NCBI GenBank assembly: GCA_964057225.1
Contig: CAXKVF010000074.1
Span: forward strand, 496,001-560,000
Reading direction: 5' to 3'
Source: Auanema rhodensis
Taxonomy: Eukaryota > Animalia > Nematoda
Length of the DNA: 64,000 bases
This document shows positions 1 through 12,600 of the stretch, in pieces. How positions within the stretch are numbered: position 1 is the stretch's first letter; each line of letters opens with the position of its first letter. Under the pieces are notes generated by a model. The model was not told the origin of the DNA and did no database searches. It was given only the letters and a program-made list of their open reading frames with translations. A program made the translations under genes and the position numbers.

Positions 1-18
1 ACTTGGTATGTAACTCGC

Positions 19-28
19 TTCACGTGAA
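19..28. other. 10-bp perfect palindrome TTCACGTGAA containing a CACGTG E-box/G-box (present in most monomers)
   Basis: Read directly from the sequence; a second CACGTG lies at monomer 165-170. Protein binding is not demonstrated. Confidence 0.7.
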
Positions 29-107
29 AGATAAAGAGATGCGGTTTTCAAAATTAGATTCCCCATGTCCATATTAGTCTAAAAACAAATTTTTATTGAT
101 ATTGGTG

Positions 108-120
108 CATGGTAACCATG
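108..120. other. Dyad CATGGT-A-ACCATG (contains BstEII site GGTNACC), present in most monomers
   Basis: 6-bp arms around one central base; extended to 7-bp arms (TCATGGT-A-ACCATGA) in G107T monomers. Confidence 0.75.
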
Positions 121-132
121 ACTTTGAAATTT

Positions 133-169
133 ACGTGAACTTTAATTTATGCTAATTAAATGTACACGT
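133..169. other. Imperfect 37-nt inverted repeat (potential hairpin/cruciform), present in nearly every monomer
   Basis: ACGTGAAC-TTTAATT-(TATGCT)-AATTAAA-T-GTACACGT gives 14 Watson-Crick pairs, one A.A mismatch, a one-base bulge and a 6-nt loop. Confidence 0.7.
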
Positions 170-3100
170 GATGTGCTCTTGGTATGTAACTCGCTTCACG
201 TGAAAGATAAAGAGATGCGGTTTTCAAAATTAGATTACCCATGTCCATATTAGTCTAAAAACAAATTTTTATTGATATTGGTGCATGGTAACCATGACTT
301 TGAAATTTACGTGAACTTTAATTTATGCTAATTAAATGTACACGTGATGTGCTCTTGGTATGTAACTCGCTTCACGTGAAAGATAAAGAGATGCGGTTTT
401 CAAAATTAGATTACCCATGTCCATAATAGTCTAAAAACAAATTTTTATTGATATTGGTGCATGGTAACCATGACTTTGAAATTTACGTGAACTTTAATTT
501 ATGCTAATTAAATGTACACGTGATGTGCACTTGGTATGTAACTCGCTTCACGTGAAAGATAAAGAGATGCGGTTTTCAAAATTAGATTCCCCATGTCCAT
601 ATTAGTCTAAAAACAAATTTTTATTGATATTGGTGCATGGTAACCATGACTTTGAAATTTACGTGAACTTTAATTTATGCTAATTAAATGTACACGTGAT
701 GTGCACTTGGTATGTAACTCGCTTCACGTGAAAGATAAAGAGATGCGGTTTTCAAAATTAGATTCCCCATGTCCATATTAGTCTAAAAACAAATTTTTAT
801 TGATATTGGTTCATGGTAACCATGACTTTGAAATTTACGTGAACTTTAATTTATGCTAATTAAATGTACACGTGATGTGCACTTGGTATGTAACTCGCTT
901 CACGTGAAAGTTAAAGAGATGCGGTTTTCAAAATTAGAATACCCATGTCCATATTAGTCTAAAAACAAATTTTTATTGATATTGGTGCATGGTAACCATG
1001 ACTTTGAAATTTACGTGAACTTTAATTTATGCTAATTAAATGTACGCGTGATGTGCACTCGGTATGTAACTCGCTTCACGTGAAAGATAAAGAGATGCGG
1101 TTTTCAAAATTAGATTCCTCATGTCCATATTAGTCTAAAAACAAATTTTTATTGATATTGGTGCATGGTAACCATGACTTTGAAATTTACGTGAACTTTA
1201 ATTTATGCTAATTAAATGTACACGTGATGTGCACTTGGTATGTAACTCGCTTCACGTGAAAGATAAAGAGATGCGGTTTTCAAAATTAGATTCCCCATGT
1301 CCATATTAGTCTAAAAACAAATTTTTATTGATATTGGTTCATGGTAACCATGACTTTGAAATTTACGTGAACTTTAATTTATGCTAATTAAATGTACACG
1401 TGATGTGCACTTGGTATGTAACTCGCTTCACGTGAAAGATAAAGAGATGCGGTTTTCAAAATTAGATTCCCCATGTCCATATTAGTCTAAAAACAAATTT
1501 TTATTGATATTGGTGCATGGTAACCATGACTTTGAAATTTACGTGAACTTTAATTTATGCTAATTAAATGTACACGTGATGTGCTCTTGGTATGTAACTC
1601 GCTTCACGTGAAAGATAAAGAGATGCGGTTTTCAAAATTAGATTCCCCATGTCCATATTAGTCTAAAAACAAATTTTTATTGATATTGGTGCATGGTAAC
1701 CATGACTTTGAAATTTACGTGAACTTTAATTTATGCTAATTAAATGTACACGTGATGTGCACTTGGTATGTAACTCGCTTCACGTGAAAGATAAAGAGAT
1801 GCGGTTTTCAAAATTAGATTCCCCATGTCCATATTAGTCTAAAAACAAATTTTTATTGATATTGGTTCATGGTAACCATGACTTTGAAATTTACGTGAAC
1901 TTTAATTTATGCTAATTAAATGTACACGTGATGTGCACTTGGTATGTAACTCGCTTCACGTGAAAGTTAAAGAGATGCGGTTTTCAAAATTAGATTACCC
2001 ATGTCCATATTAGTCTAAAAACAAATTTTTCTTGATATTGGTTCATGGTAACCATGACTTTGAAATTTACGTGAACTTTAATTTATGCTAATTAAATGTA
2101 CACGTGATGTGCACTTGGTATGTAACTCGCTTCACGTGAAAGATAAAGAGATGCGGTTTTCAAAATTAGATCCCCCATGTCCATATTAGTCTAAATACTA
2201 ATTTTTATTGATATTGGTGCATGGTAACCATGACTTTGAAATTTACGTGAACTTTAATTTATGCTAATTAAATGTACACGTGATGTGCACTTGGTATGTA
2301 ACTCGCTTCACGTGAAAGATAAAGAGATGCGGTTTTCAAAATTAGATTCCCCATGTCCATATTAGTCTAAAAACAAATTTTTATTGATATTGGTGCATGG
2401 TAACCATGACTTTGAAATTTACGTGAACTTTAATTTATGCTAATTAAATGTACACGTGATGTGCACTTGGTATGTAACTCGCTTCACGTGAAAGATAAAG
2501 AGATGCGGTTTTCAAAATTAGATTCCCCATGTCCATATTAGTCTAAAAACAAATTTTTATTGATATTGGTGCATGGTAACCATGACTTTGAAATTTACGT
2601 GAACTTTAATTTATGCTAATTAAATGTACACGTGATGTGCACTTGGTATGTAACTTGCTTCACGTGAAAGATAAAGAGATGCGGTTTTCAAAATTAGATT
2701 GCCCATGTCCATATTAGTCTAAAAACAAATTTTAATTGATATTGGTTCATGGTAACCATGACTTTGAAATTTACGTGAACTTTAATTTATGCTAATTAAA
2801 TGTACACGTGATGTGCACTTGGTATGTAACTCGCTTCACGTGAAAGATAAAGAGATGCGGTTTTCAAAGTTAGATTCCCCATGTCCATATTAGTCTAAAA
2901 ACAAATTTTTATTGATATTGGTGCATGGTAACCATGACTTTGAAATTTACGTGAACTTTAATTTATGCTAATTAAATGTACACGTGATGTGCACTTGGTA
3001 TGTAACTCGCTTCACGTGAAAGATGAAGAGATGCGGTTTTCAAAATTAGATTCCCCATGTCCATATTAGTCTAAAAACAAATTTTTATTGATATTGGTGC

Positions 3101-6100
3101 ATGGTAACCATGACTTTGAAATTTACGTGAACTTTAATTTATGCTAATTAAATGTACACGTGATGTGCACTTGGTATGTAACTCGCTTCACGTGAAAGAT
3201 AAAGAGATGCGGTTTTCAAAATTAGATTCCCCATGTCCATATTAGTCTAAAAACAAATTTTTATTGATATTGGTGCATGGTAACCATGACTTTGAAATTT
3301 ACGTGAACTTTAATTTATGCTAATTAAATGTACACGTGATGTGCACTTGGTATGTAACTCGCTTCACGTGAAAGATAAAGAGATGCGGTTTTCAAAATTA
3401 GATTCCCCATGTCCATATTAGTCTAAAAACAAATTTTTGTTGATATTGATGCATGGTAACCATGACTTTGAAATTTACGTGAACTTTAATTTATGCTTAT
3501 TAAGTGTACACGTGATGTGCACTTGGTATGTAACTTGCTTCACGTGAAAGATAAAGAGATGCGGTTTTCAAAATTAGATTGCCCATGCCCATATTAGTCT
3601 AAAAATAAATTTTTATTGATATTGGTGCATGGTAACCATGACTTTGAAATTTACGTGAACTTTAATTTATGCTAATTAAATGTACACGTGATGTGCACTT
3701 GGTATGTAACTCGCTTCACGTAAAAGATAAAGAGATGCGGTTTTCAAAATTAGATTGCCCATGTCCATATTAGTCTGAAAACAAATTTTTATTGATATTG
3801 GTGCATGGTAACCATGACTTTGAAATTTACGTGAACTTTAATTTATGCTAATTAAATGTACACGTGATGTGCACTCGGTATGTAACTCGCTTCACGTGAA
3901 AGATAAAGAGATGCGGTTTTCAAAATTAGATTCCTCATGTCCATATTAGTCTAAAAACAAATTTTTATTGATATTGGTGCATGGTAACCATGACTTTGAA
4001 ATTTACGTGAACTTTAATTTATGCTAATTAAATGTACACGTGATGTGCACTTGGTATGTAACTCGCTTCACGTGAAAGATAAAGAGATGCGGTTTTCAAA
4101 ATTAGATTGCCCATGTCCATATTAGTCTAAAAACAAATTTTTATTGATATTGGTTCATGGTAACCATGACTTTGAAATTTACGTGAACTTTAATTTATGC
4201 TAATTAAATGTACACGTGATGTGCACTTGGTATGTAACTCGCTTCACGTGAAAGATAAAGAGATACGGTTTTCAAAATTAGATTCCCCATGTCCATATTA
4301 GTCTAAAAACAAATTTTTATTGATATTGGTGCATGGTAACCGTGACTTTGAAATTTACGTGAACTTTAATTTATGCTAATTAAATGTACACGTGATGTGC
4401 ACTTGGTATGTAACTCGCTTCACGTGAAAGATAAAGAGATGCGGTTTTCAAAATTAGATTGCCCATGTCCATATTAGTCTAAAAACAAATTTTAATTGAT
4501 ATTGGTTCATGGTAACCATGACTTTGAAATTTACGTGAACATTAATTTATGCTAATTAAATGTACACGTGATGTGCACTTGGTATGTAACTCGCTTCACG
4601 TGAAAGATAAAGAGATGCGGTTTTCAAAATTAGATTCCCCATGTCCATATTAGTCTAAAAACAAATTTTTATTGATATTGGTGCATGGTAACCATGACTT
4701 TGAAATTTACGTGAACTTTAATTTATGCTAATTAAATGTACACGTGATGTGCACTTGGTATGTAACTCGCTTCACGTGAAAGATGAAGAGATGCGGTTTT
4801 CAAAATTAGATTCCCCATGTCCATATTAGTCTAAAAACAAATTTTTATTGATATTGGTGCATGGTAACCATGACTTTGAAATTTACGTGAACTTTAATTT
4901 ATGCTAATTAAATGTACACGTGATGTGCACTTGGTATGTAACTCGCTTCACGTGAAAGATAAAGAGATGCGGTTTTCAAAATTAGATTCCCCATGTCCAT
5001 ATTAGTCTAAAAACAAATTTTTATTGATATTGGTGCATGGTAACCATGACTTTGAAATTTACGTGAACTTTAATTTATGCTAATTAAATGTACACGTGAT
5101 GTGCACTTGGTATGTAACTCGCTTCACGTGAAAGATAAAGAGATGCGGTTTTCAAAATTAGATTCCCCATGTCCATATTAGTCTAAAAACAAATTTTTAT
5201 TGATATTGGTGCATGGTAACCATGACTTTGAAATTTACGTGAACTTTAATTTATGCTAATTAAATGTACACGTGATGTGCACTTGGTATGTAACTCGCTT
5301 CACGTGAAAGATAAAGAGATGCGGTTTTCAAAATTAGATTCCCCATGTCCATATTAGTCTAAAAACAAATTTTTATTGATATTGGTGCATGGTAACCATG
5401 ACTTTGAAATTTACGTGAACTTTAATTTATGCTAATTAAATGTACACGTGATGTGCACTTGGTATGTAACTCGCTTCACGTGAAAGATAAAGAGATGCGG
5501 TTTTCAAAATTAGATTCCCCATGTCCATATTAGTCTAAAAACGAATTTTTATTGATATTGGTGCATGGTAACCACGACTTTGAAATTTACGTGAACTTTA
5601 ATTTATGCTAATTAAATGTACACGTGATGTGCACTTGGTATGTAACTCGCTTCACGTGAAAGATAAAGAGATGCGGTTTTCAAAATTAGATTCCCCATGT
5701 CCATATTAGTCTAAAAACAAATTTTTATTGATATTGGTTCATGGTAACCATGACTTTGAAATTTACGTGAACTTTAATTTATGCTAATTAAATGTACACG
5801 TGATGTGCACTTGGTATGTAACTCGCTTCACGTGAAAGATAAAGAGATGCGGTTTTCAAAATTAGATTCCCCATGTCCATATTAGTCTAAAAACAAATTT
5901 TTATTGATATTGGTGCATGGTAACCATGACTTTGAAATTTACGTGAACTTTAATTTATGCTAATTAAATGTACACGTGATGTGCACTTGGTATGTAACTC
6001 GCTTCACGTGAAAGATGAAGAGATGCGGTTTTCAAAATTAGATCCCCCATGTCCATATTAGTCTAAAAACAAATTTTTATTGATATTGGTTCATGGTAAC

Positions 6101-7920
6101 CATGACTTTGAAATTTACGTGAACTTTAATTTATGCTAATTAAATGTACACGTGATGTGCACTTGGTATGTAACTCGCTTCACGTGAAAGATAAAGAGAT
6201 GCGGTTTTCAAAATTAGATTCCCCATGTCCATATTAGTCTAAAAACAAATTTTTATTGATATTGGTTCATGGTAACCATGACTTTGAAATTTACGTGAAC
6301 TTTAATTTATGCTAATTAAATGTACACGTGATGTGCACTTGGTATGTAACTCGCTTCACGTGAAAGATAAAGAGATGCGGTTTTCAAAGTTAGATTCCCC
6401 ATGTCCATATTAGTCTAAAAACAAATTTTTATTGATATTGGTTCATGGTAACCATGACTTTGAAATTTACGTGAACTTTAATTTATGCTAATTAAATGTA
6501 CACGTGATGTGCACTTGGTATGTAACTCGCTTCACGTGAAAGATAAAGAGATGCGGTTTTCAAAATTAGATTCCCCATGTCCATATTAGTCTAAAAACAA
6601 ATTTTTATTGATATTGGTGCATGGTAACCATGACTTTGAAATTTACGTGAACTTTAATTTATGCTAATTAAATGTACACGTGATGTGCACTTGGTATGTA
6701 ACTCGCTTCACGTGAAAGATAAAGAGATGCGGTTTTCAAAATTAGATTCCCCATGTCCATATTAGTCTAAAAACAAATTTTTATTGATATTGGTGCATGG
6801 TAACCATGACTTTGAAATTTACGTGAACTTTAATTTATGCTAATTAAATGTACACGTGATGTGCACTTGGTATGTAACTCGCTTCACGTGAAAGATAAAG
6901 AGATGCGGTTTTCATAATTAGATTCCCCATGTCCATATTAGTCTAAAAACAAATTTTTATTGATATTGGTGCATGGTAACCATGACTTTGAAATTTACGT
7001 GAACTTTAATTTATGCTAATTAAATGTACACGTGATGTGCACTTGGTATGTAACTCGCTTCACGTGAAAGATAAAGAGATGCGGTTTTCAAAATTAGATT
7101 CCCCATGTCCATATTAGTCTAAAAACAAATTTTTATTGATATTGGTTCATGGTAACCATGACTTTGAAATTTACGTGAACTTTAATTTATGCTAATTAAA
7201 TGTACACGTGATGTGCACTTGGTATGTAACTCGCTTCACGTGAAAGATAAAGAGATGCGGTTTTCAAAATTAGATTCCCCATGTCCATATTAGTCTAAAA
7301 ACAAATTTTTATTGATATTGGTGCATGGTAACCATGACTTTGAAATTTACGTGAACTTTAATTTATGCTAATTAAATGTACACGTGATGTGCACTTGGTA
7401 TGTAACTCGCTTCACGTGAAAGATAAAGAGATGCGGTTTTCAAAATTAGATTCCCCATGTCCATATTAGTCTAAAAACGAATTTTTATTGATATTGGTGC
7501 ATGGTAACCATGACTTTGAATTTTACGTGAACTTTAATTTATGCTAATTAAATGTACACGTGATGTGCACTTGGTATGTAACTCGCTTCAAGTGAAAGAT
7601 AAAGAGATGCGGTTTTCAAGATTAGATTCCCCATGTCCATATTAGTCTAAAAACAAATTTTTATTGATATTGCTTCATGGTAACCATGACTTTGAAATTT
7701 ACGTGAACTTTAATTTATGCTAATTAAATGTACACGTGATGTGCACTTGGTATGTAACTCACTTCACGTAAAAGATAAAGAGATGCGGTTTTCAAAATTA
7801 GATTCCCCATGTCCATATTAGTCTAAAAACAAATTTTAATTGATATTGGTTCATGGTAACCATGACTTTGAAATTTACGTGAACTTTAATTTATGCTAAT
7901 TAAATGTACACGTGATGTGC

Positions 7921-9680
7921 ACTTGGTATGTAACTCGCTTCACGTGAAAGATAAAGAGATGCGGTTTTCAAAGTTAGATTCCCCATGTCCATATTAGTCT
8001 AAAAACAAATTTTTATTGATATTGGTGCATGGTAACCATGACTTTGAAATTTACGTGAACTTTAATTTATGCTAATTAAATGTACACGTGATGTGCACTT
8101 GGTATGTAACTCGCTTCACGTGAAAGATGAAGAGATGCGGTTTTCAAAATTAGATTCCCCATGTCCATATTAGTCTAAAAACAAATTTTTATTGATATTG
8201 GTGCATGGTAACCATGACTTTGAAATTTACGTGAACTTTAATTTATGCTAATTAAATGTACACGTGATGTGCACTTGGTATGTAACTCGCTTCACGTGAA
8301 AGATAAAGAGATGCGGTTTTCAAAATTAGATTCCCCATGTCCATATTAGTCTAAAAACAAATTTTTATTGATATTGGTGCATGGTAACCATGACTTTGAA
8401 ATTTACGTGAACTTTAATTTATGCTAATTAAATGTACACGTGATGTGCACTTGGTATGTAACTCGCTTCACGTGAAAGATAAAGAGATGCGGTTTTCAAA
8501 ATTAGATTGCCCATGTCCATATTAGTCTAAAAACAAATTTTAATTGATATTGGTTCATGGTAACCATGACTTTGAAATTTACGTGAACTTTAATTTATGC
8601 TAATTAAATGTACACGTGATGTGCACTTGGTATGTAACTCGCTTCACGTGAAAGATAAAGAGATGCGGTTTTCAAAATTAGATTGCCCATGCCCATATTA
8701 GTCTAAAAACAAATTTTTATTGATATTGGTGCATGGTAACCATGACTTTGAAATTTACGTGAACTTTAATTTATGCTAATTAAATGTACACGTGATGTGC
8801 ACTTGGTATGTAACTCGCTTCACGTGAAAGATAAAGAGATGCGGTTTTCAAAGTTAGATTCCCCATGTCCATATTAGTCTAAAAACAAATTTTTATTGAT
8901 ATTGGTGCATGGTAACCATGACTTTGAAATTTACGTGAACTTTAATTTATGCTAATTAAATGTACACGTGATGTGCACTTGGTATGTAACTCGCTTCACG
9001 TGAAAGATGAAGAGATGCGGTTTTCAAAATTAGATTCCCCATGTCCATATTAGTCTAAAAACAAATTTTTATTGATATTGGTGCATGGTAACCATGACTT
9101 TGAAATTTACGTGAACTTTAATTTATGCTAATTAAATGTACACGTGATGTGCACTTGGTATGTAACTCGCTTCACGTGAAAGATAAAGAGATGCGGTTTT
9201 CAAAATTAGATTCCCCATGTCCATATTAGTCTAAAAACAAATTTTTATTGATATTGGTGCATGGTAACCATGACTTTGAAATTTACGTGAACTTTAATTT
9301 ATGCTAATTAAATGTACACGTGATGTGCACTTGGTATGTAACTCGCTTCACGTGAAAGATAAAGAGATGCGGTTTTCAAAATTAGATTGCCCATGTCCAT
9401 ATTAGTCTAAAAACAAATTTTAATTGATATTGGTTCATGGTAACCATGACTTTGAAATTTACGTGAACTTTAATTTATGCTAATTAAATGTACACGTGAT
9501 GTGCACTTGGTATGTAACTCGCTTCACGTGAAAGATAAAGAGATGCGGTTTTCAAAATTAGATTGCCCATGCCCATATTAGTCTAAAAACAAATTTTTAT
9601 TGATATTGGTGCATGGTAACCATGACTTTGAAATTTACGTGAACTTTAATTTATGCTAATTAAATGTACACGTGATGTGC
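7921..9680 (+). repeat. Local higher-order repeat: 5-mer (880 bp) x2
   Basis: The order A53G, A33G, consensus, C61G+T94A+G107T, C61G+T68C occurs at 7921-8800 and again at 8801-9680. It is carried into copy B at 35377-37136. Confidence 0.9.
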
Positions 9681-12600
9681 ACTTGGTATGTAACTCGCTT
9701 CACGTAAAAGATAAAGAGATGCGGTTTTCAAAATTAGATTGCCCATGTCCATATTAGTCTGAAAACAAATTTTTATTGATATTGGTGCATGGTAACCATG
9801 ACTTTGAAATTTACGTGAACTTTAATTTATGCTAATTAAATGTACACGTGATGTGCACTCGGTATGTAACTCGCTTCACGTGAAAGATAAAGAGATGCGG
9901 TTTTCAAAATTAGATTCCTCATGTCCATATTAGTCTAAAAACAAATTTTTATTGATATTGGTGCATGGTAACCATGACTTTGAAATTTACGTGAACTTTA
10001 ATTTATGCTAATTAAATGTACACGTGATGTGCACTTGGTATGTAACTCGCTTCACGTGAAAGATAAAGAGATGCGGTTTTCAAAATTAGATTGCCCATGT
10101 CCATATTAGTCTAAAAACAAATTTTTATTGATATTGGTTCATGGTAACCATGACTTTGAAATTTACGTGAACTTTAATTTATGCTAATTAAATGTACACG
10201 TGATGTGCACTTGGTATGTAACTCGCTTCACGTGAAAGATAAAGAGATGCGGTTTTCAAAATTAGATTCCCCATGTCCATATTAGTCTAAAAACAAATTT
10301 TTATTGATATTGGTGCATGGTAACCATGACTTTGAAATTTACGTGAACTTTAATTTATGCTAATTAAATGTACACGTGATGTGCACTTGGTATGTAACTC
10401 GCTTCACGTGAAAGATAAAGAGATGCGGTTTTCAAAATTAGATTCCCCATGTCCATATTAGTCTAAAAACGAATTTTTATTGATATTGGTGCATGGTAAC
10501 CACGACTTTGAAATTTACGTGAACTTTAATTTATGCTAATTAAATGTACACGTGATGTGCACTTGGTATGTAACTCGCTTCACGTGAAAGATAAAGAGAT
10601 GCGGTTTTCAAAATTAGATTCCCCATGTCCATATTAGTCTAAAAACAAATTTTTATTGATATTGGTTCATGGTAACCATGACTTTGAAATTTACGTGAAC
10701 TTTAATTTATGCTAATTAAATGTACACGTGATGTGCACTTGGTATGTAACTCGCTTCACGTGAAAGATAAAGAGATGCGGTTTTCAAAATTAGATTCCCC
10801 ATGTCCATATTAGTCTAAAAACAAATTTTTATTGATATTGGTGCATGGTAACCATGACTTTGAAATTTACGTGAACTTTAATTTATGCTAATTAAATGTA
10901 CACGTGATGTGCACTTGGTATGTAACTCGCTTCACGTGAAAGATGAAGAGATGCGGTTTTCAAAATTAGATTCCCCATGTCCATATTAGTCTAAAAACAA
11001 ATTTTTATTGATATTGGTGCATGGTAACCATGACTTTGAAATTTACGTGAACTTTAATTTATGCTAATTAAATGTACACGTGATGTGCACTTGGTATGTA
11101 ACTCGCTTCACGTGAAAGATAAAGAGATGCGGTTTTCAAAATTAGATCCCCCATGTCCATATTAGTCTAAAAACAAATTTTTATTGATATTGGTTCATGG
11201 TAACCATGACTTTGAAATTTACGTGAACTTTAATTTATGCTAATTAAATGTACACGTGATGTGCACTTGGTATGTAACTCGCTTCACGTGAAAGATAAAG
11301 AGATGCGGTTTTCAAAATTAGATTCCCCATGTCCATATTAGTCTAAAAACGAATTTTTATTGATATTGGTGCATGGTAACCACGACTTTGAAATTTACGT
11401 GAACTTTAATTTATGCTAATTAAATGTACACGTGATGTGCACTTGGTATGTAACTCGCTTCACGTGAAAGATAAAGAGATGCGGTTTTCAAAATTAGATT
11501 CCCCATGTCCATATTAGTCTAAAAACAAATTTTTATTGATATTGGTTCATGGTAACCATGACTTTGAAATTTACGTGAACTTTAATTTATGCTAATTAAA
11601 TGTACACGTGATGTGCACTTGGTATGTAACTCGCTTCACGTGAAAGATAAAGAGATGCGGTTTTCAAAGTTAGATTCCCCATGTCCATATTAGTCTAAAA
11701 ACAAATTTTTATTGATATTGGTTCATGGTAACCATGACTTTGAAATTTACGTGAACTTTAATTTATGCTAATTAAATGTACACGTGATGTGCACTTGGTA
11801 TGTAACTCGCTTCACGTGAAAGATAAAGAGATGCGGTTTTCAAAATTAGATTCCCCATGTCCATATTAGTCTAAAAACAAATTTTTATTGATATTGGTGC
11901 ATGGTAACCATGACTTTGAAATTTACGTGAACTTTAATTTATGCTAATTAAATGTACACGTGATGTGCACTTGGTATGTAACTCGCTTCACGTGAAAGAT
12001 AAAGAGATGCGGTTTTCAAAATTAGATTCCCCATGTCCATATTAGTCTAAAAACAAATTTTTATTGATATTGGTGCATGGTAACCATGACTTTGAAATTT
12101 ACGTGAACTTTAATTTATGCTAATTAAATGTACACGTGATGTGCACTTGGTATGTAACTCGCTTCACGTGAAAGATAAAGAGATGCGGTTTTCAAAATTA
12201 GATTCCCCATGTCCATATTAGTCTAAAAACAAATTTTTATTGATATTGGTGCATGGTAACCATGACTTTGAAATTTACGTGAACTTTAATTTATGCTAAT
12301 TAAATGTACACGTGATGTGCACTTGGTATGTAACTCGCTTCACGTGAAAGATAAAGAGATGCGGTTTTCAAAATTAGATTCCCCATGTCCATATTAGTCT
12401 AAAAACAAATTTTTATTGATATTGGTGCCTGGTAACCATGACTTTGAAATTTACGTGAACTTTAATTTATGCTAATTAAATGTACACGTGATGTGCACTT
12501 GGTATGTAACTCGCTTCACGTAAAAGATAAAGAGATGCGGTTTCCAAAATTAGATTCCCCATGTCCATATTAGTCTAAAAACAAATTTTTATTGATATTG

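Larger units (their letters stand above)
1..176 (+). repeat. Consensus monomer (arbitrary phase)
   Basis: ACTTGGTATGTAACTCGCTTCACGTGAAAGATAAAGAGATGCGGTTTTCAAAATTAGATTCCCCATGTCCATATTAGTCTAAAAACAAATTTTTATTGATATTGGTGCATGGTAACCATGACTTTGAAATTTACGTGAACTTTAATTTATGCTAATTAAATGTACACGTGATGTGC; 57/176 G+C. The commonest polymorphism is G107T. Other recurrent ones are A1T, G26A, A27T, A31T, A33G, A53G, T60C, C61A/G/T, T94A and A129T. Confidence 0.97.

Noticed and set aside
14-46. CENP-B box
   Set aside because: No match to the TTCG-N4-A-N2-CGGG core on either strand.
146-158. Octamer-like ATGCTAAT / homeodomain TAATTA site as a regulatory element
   Set aside because: Short AT-rich motifs are expected by chance at 68% AT, and there is no gene nearby.
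27-160. Regular ~10-bp phased A-tracts (intrinsic curvature)
   Set aside because: A/T tracts are present but their spacing is not convincingly periodic by eye; curvature modelling would be needed.
1-176. Tandem RNA gene cluster (5S rRNA, tRNA, snRNA, spliced leader)
   Set aside because: I see no resemblance to 5S, tRNA cloverleaf/A-B boxes or U snRNAs, and no gene-plus-spacer organisation. An Rfam/Infernal search would be the formal test.
1-176. Identity with known ~171-178-bp satellites (alpha satellite, Arabidopsis CEN178, Brassica CentBr, honeybee AluI repeat)
   Set aside because: Only the length is similar. The sequence does not match my recollection of those consensuses and lacks AGCT/AAGCTT. 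A database search is needed to name it.
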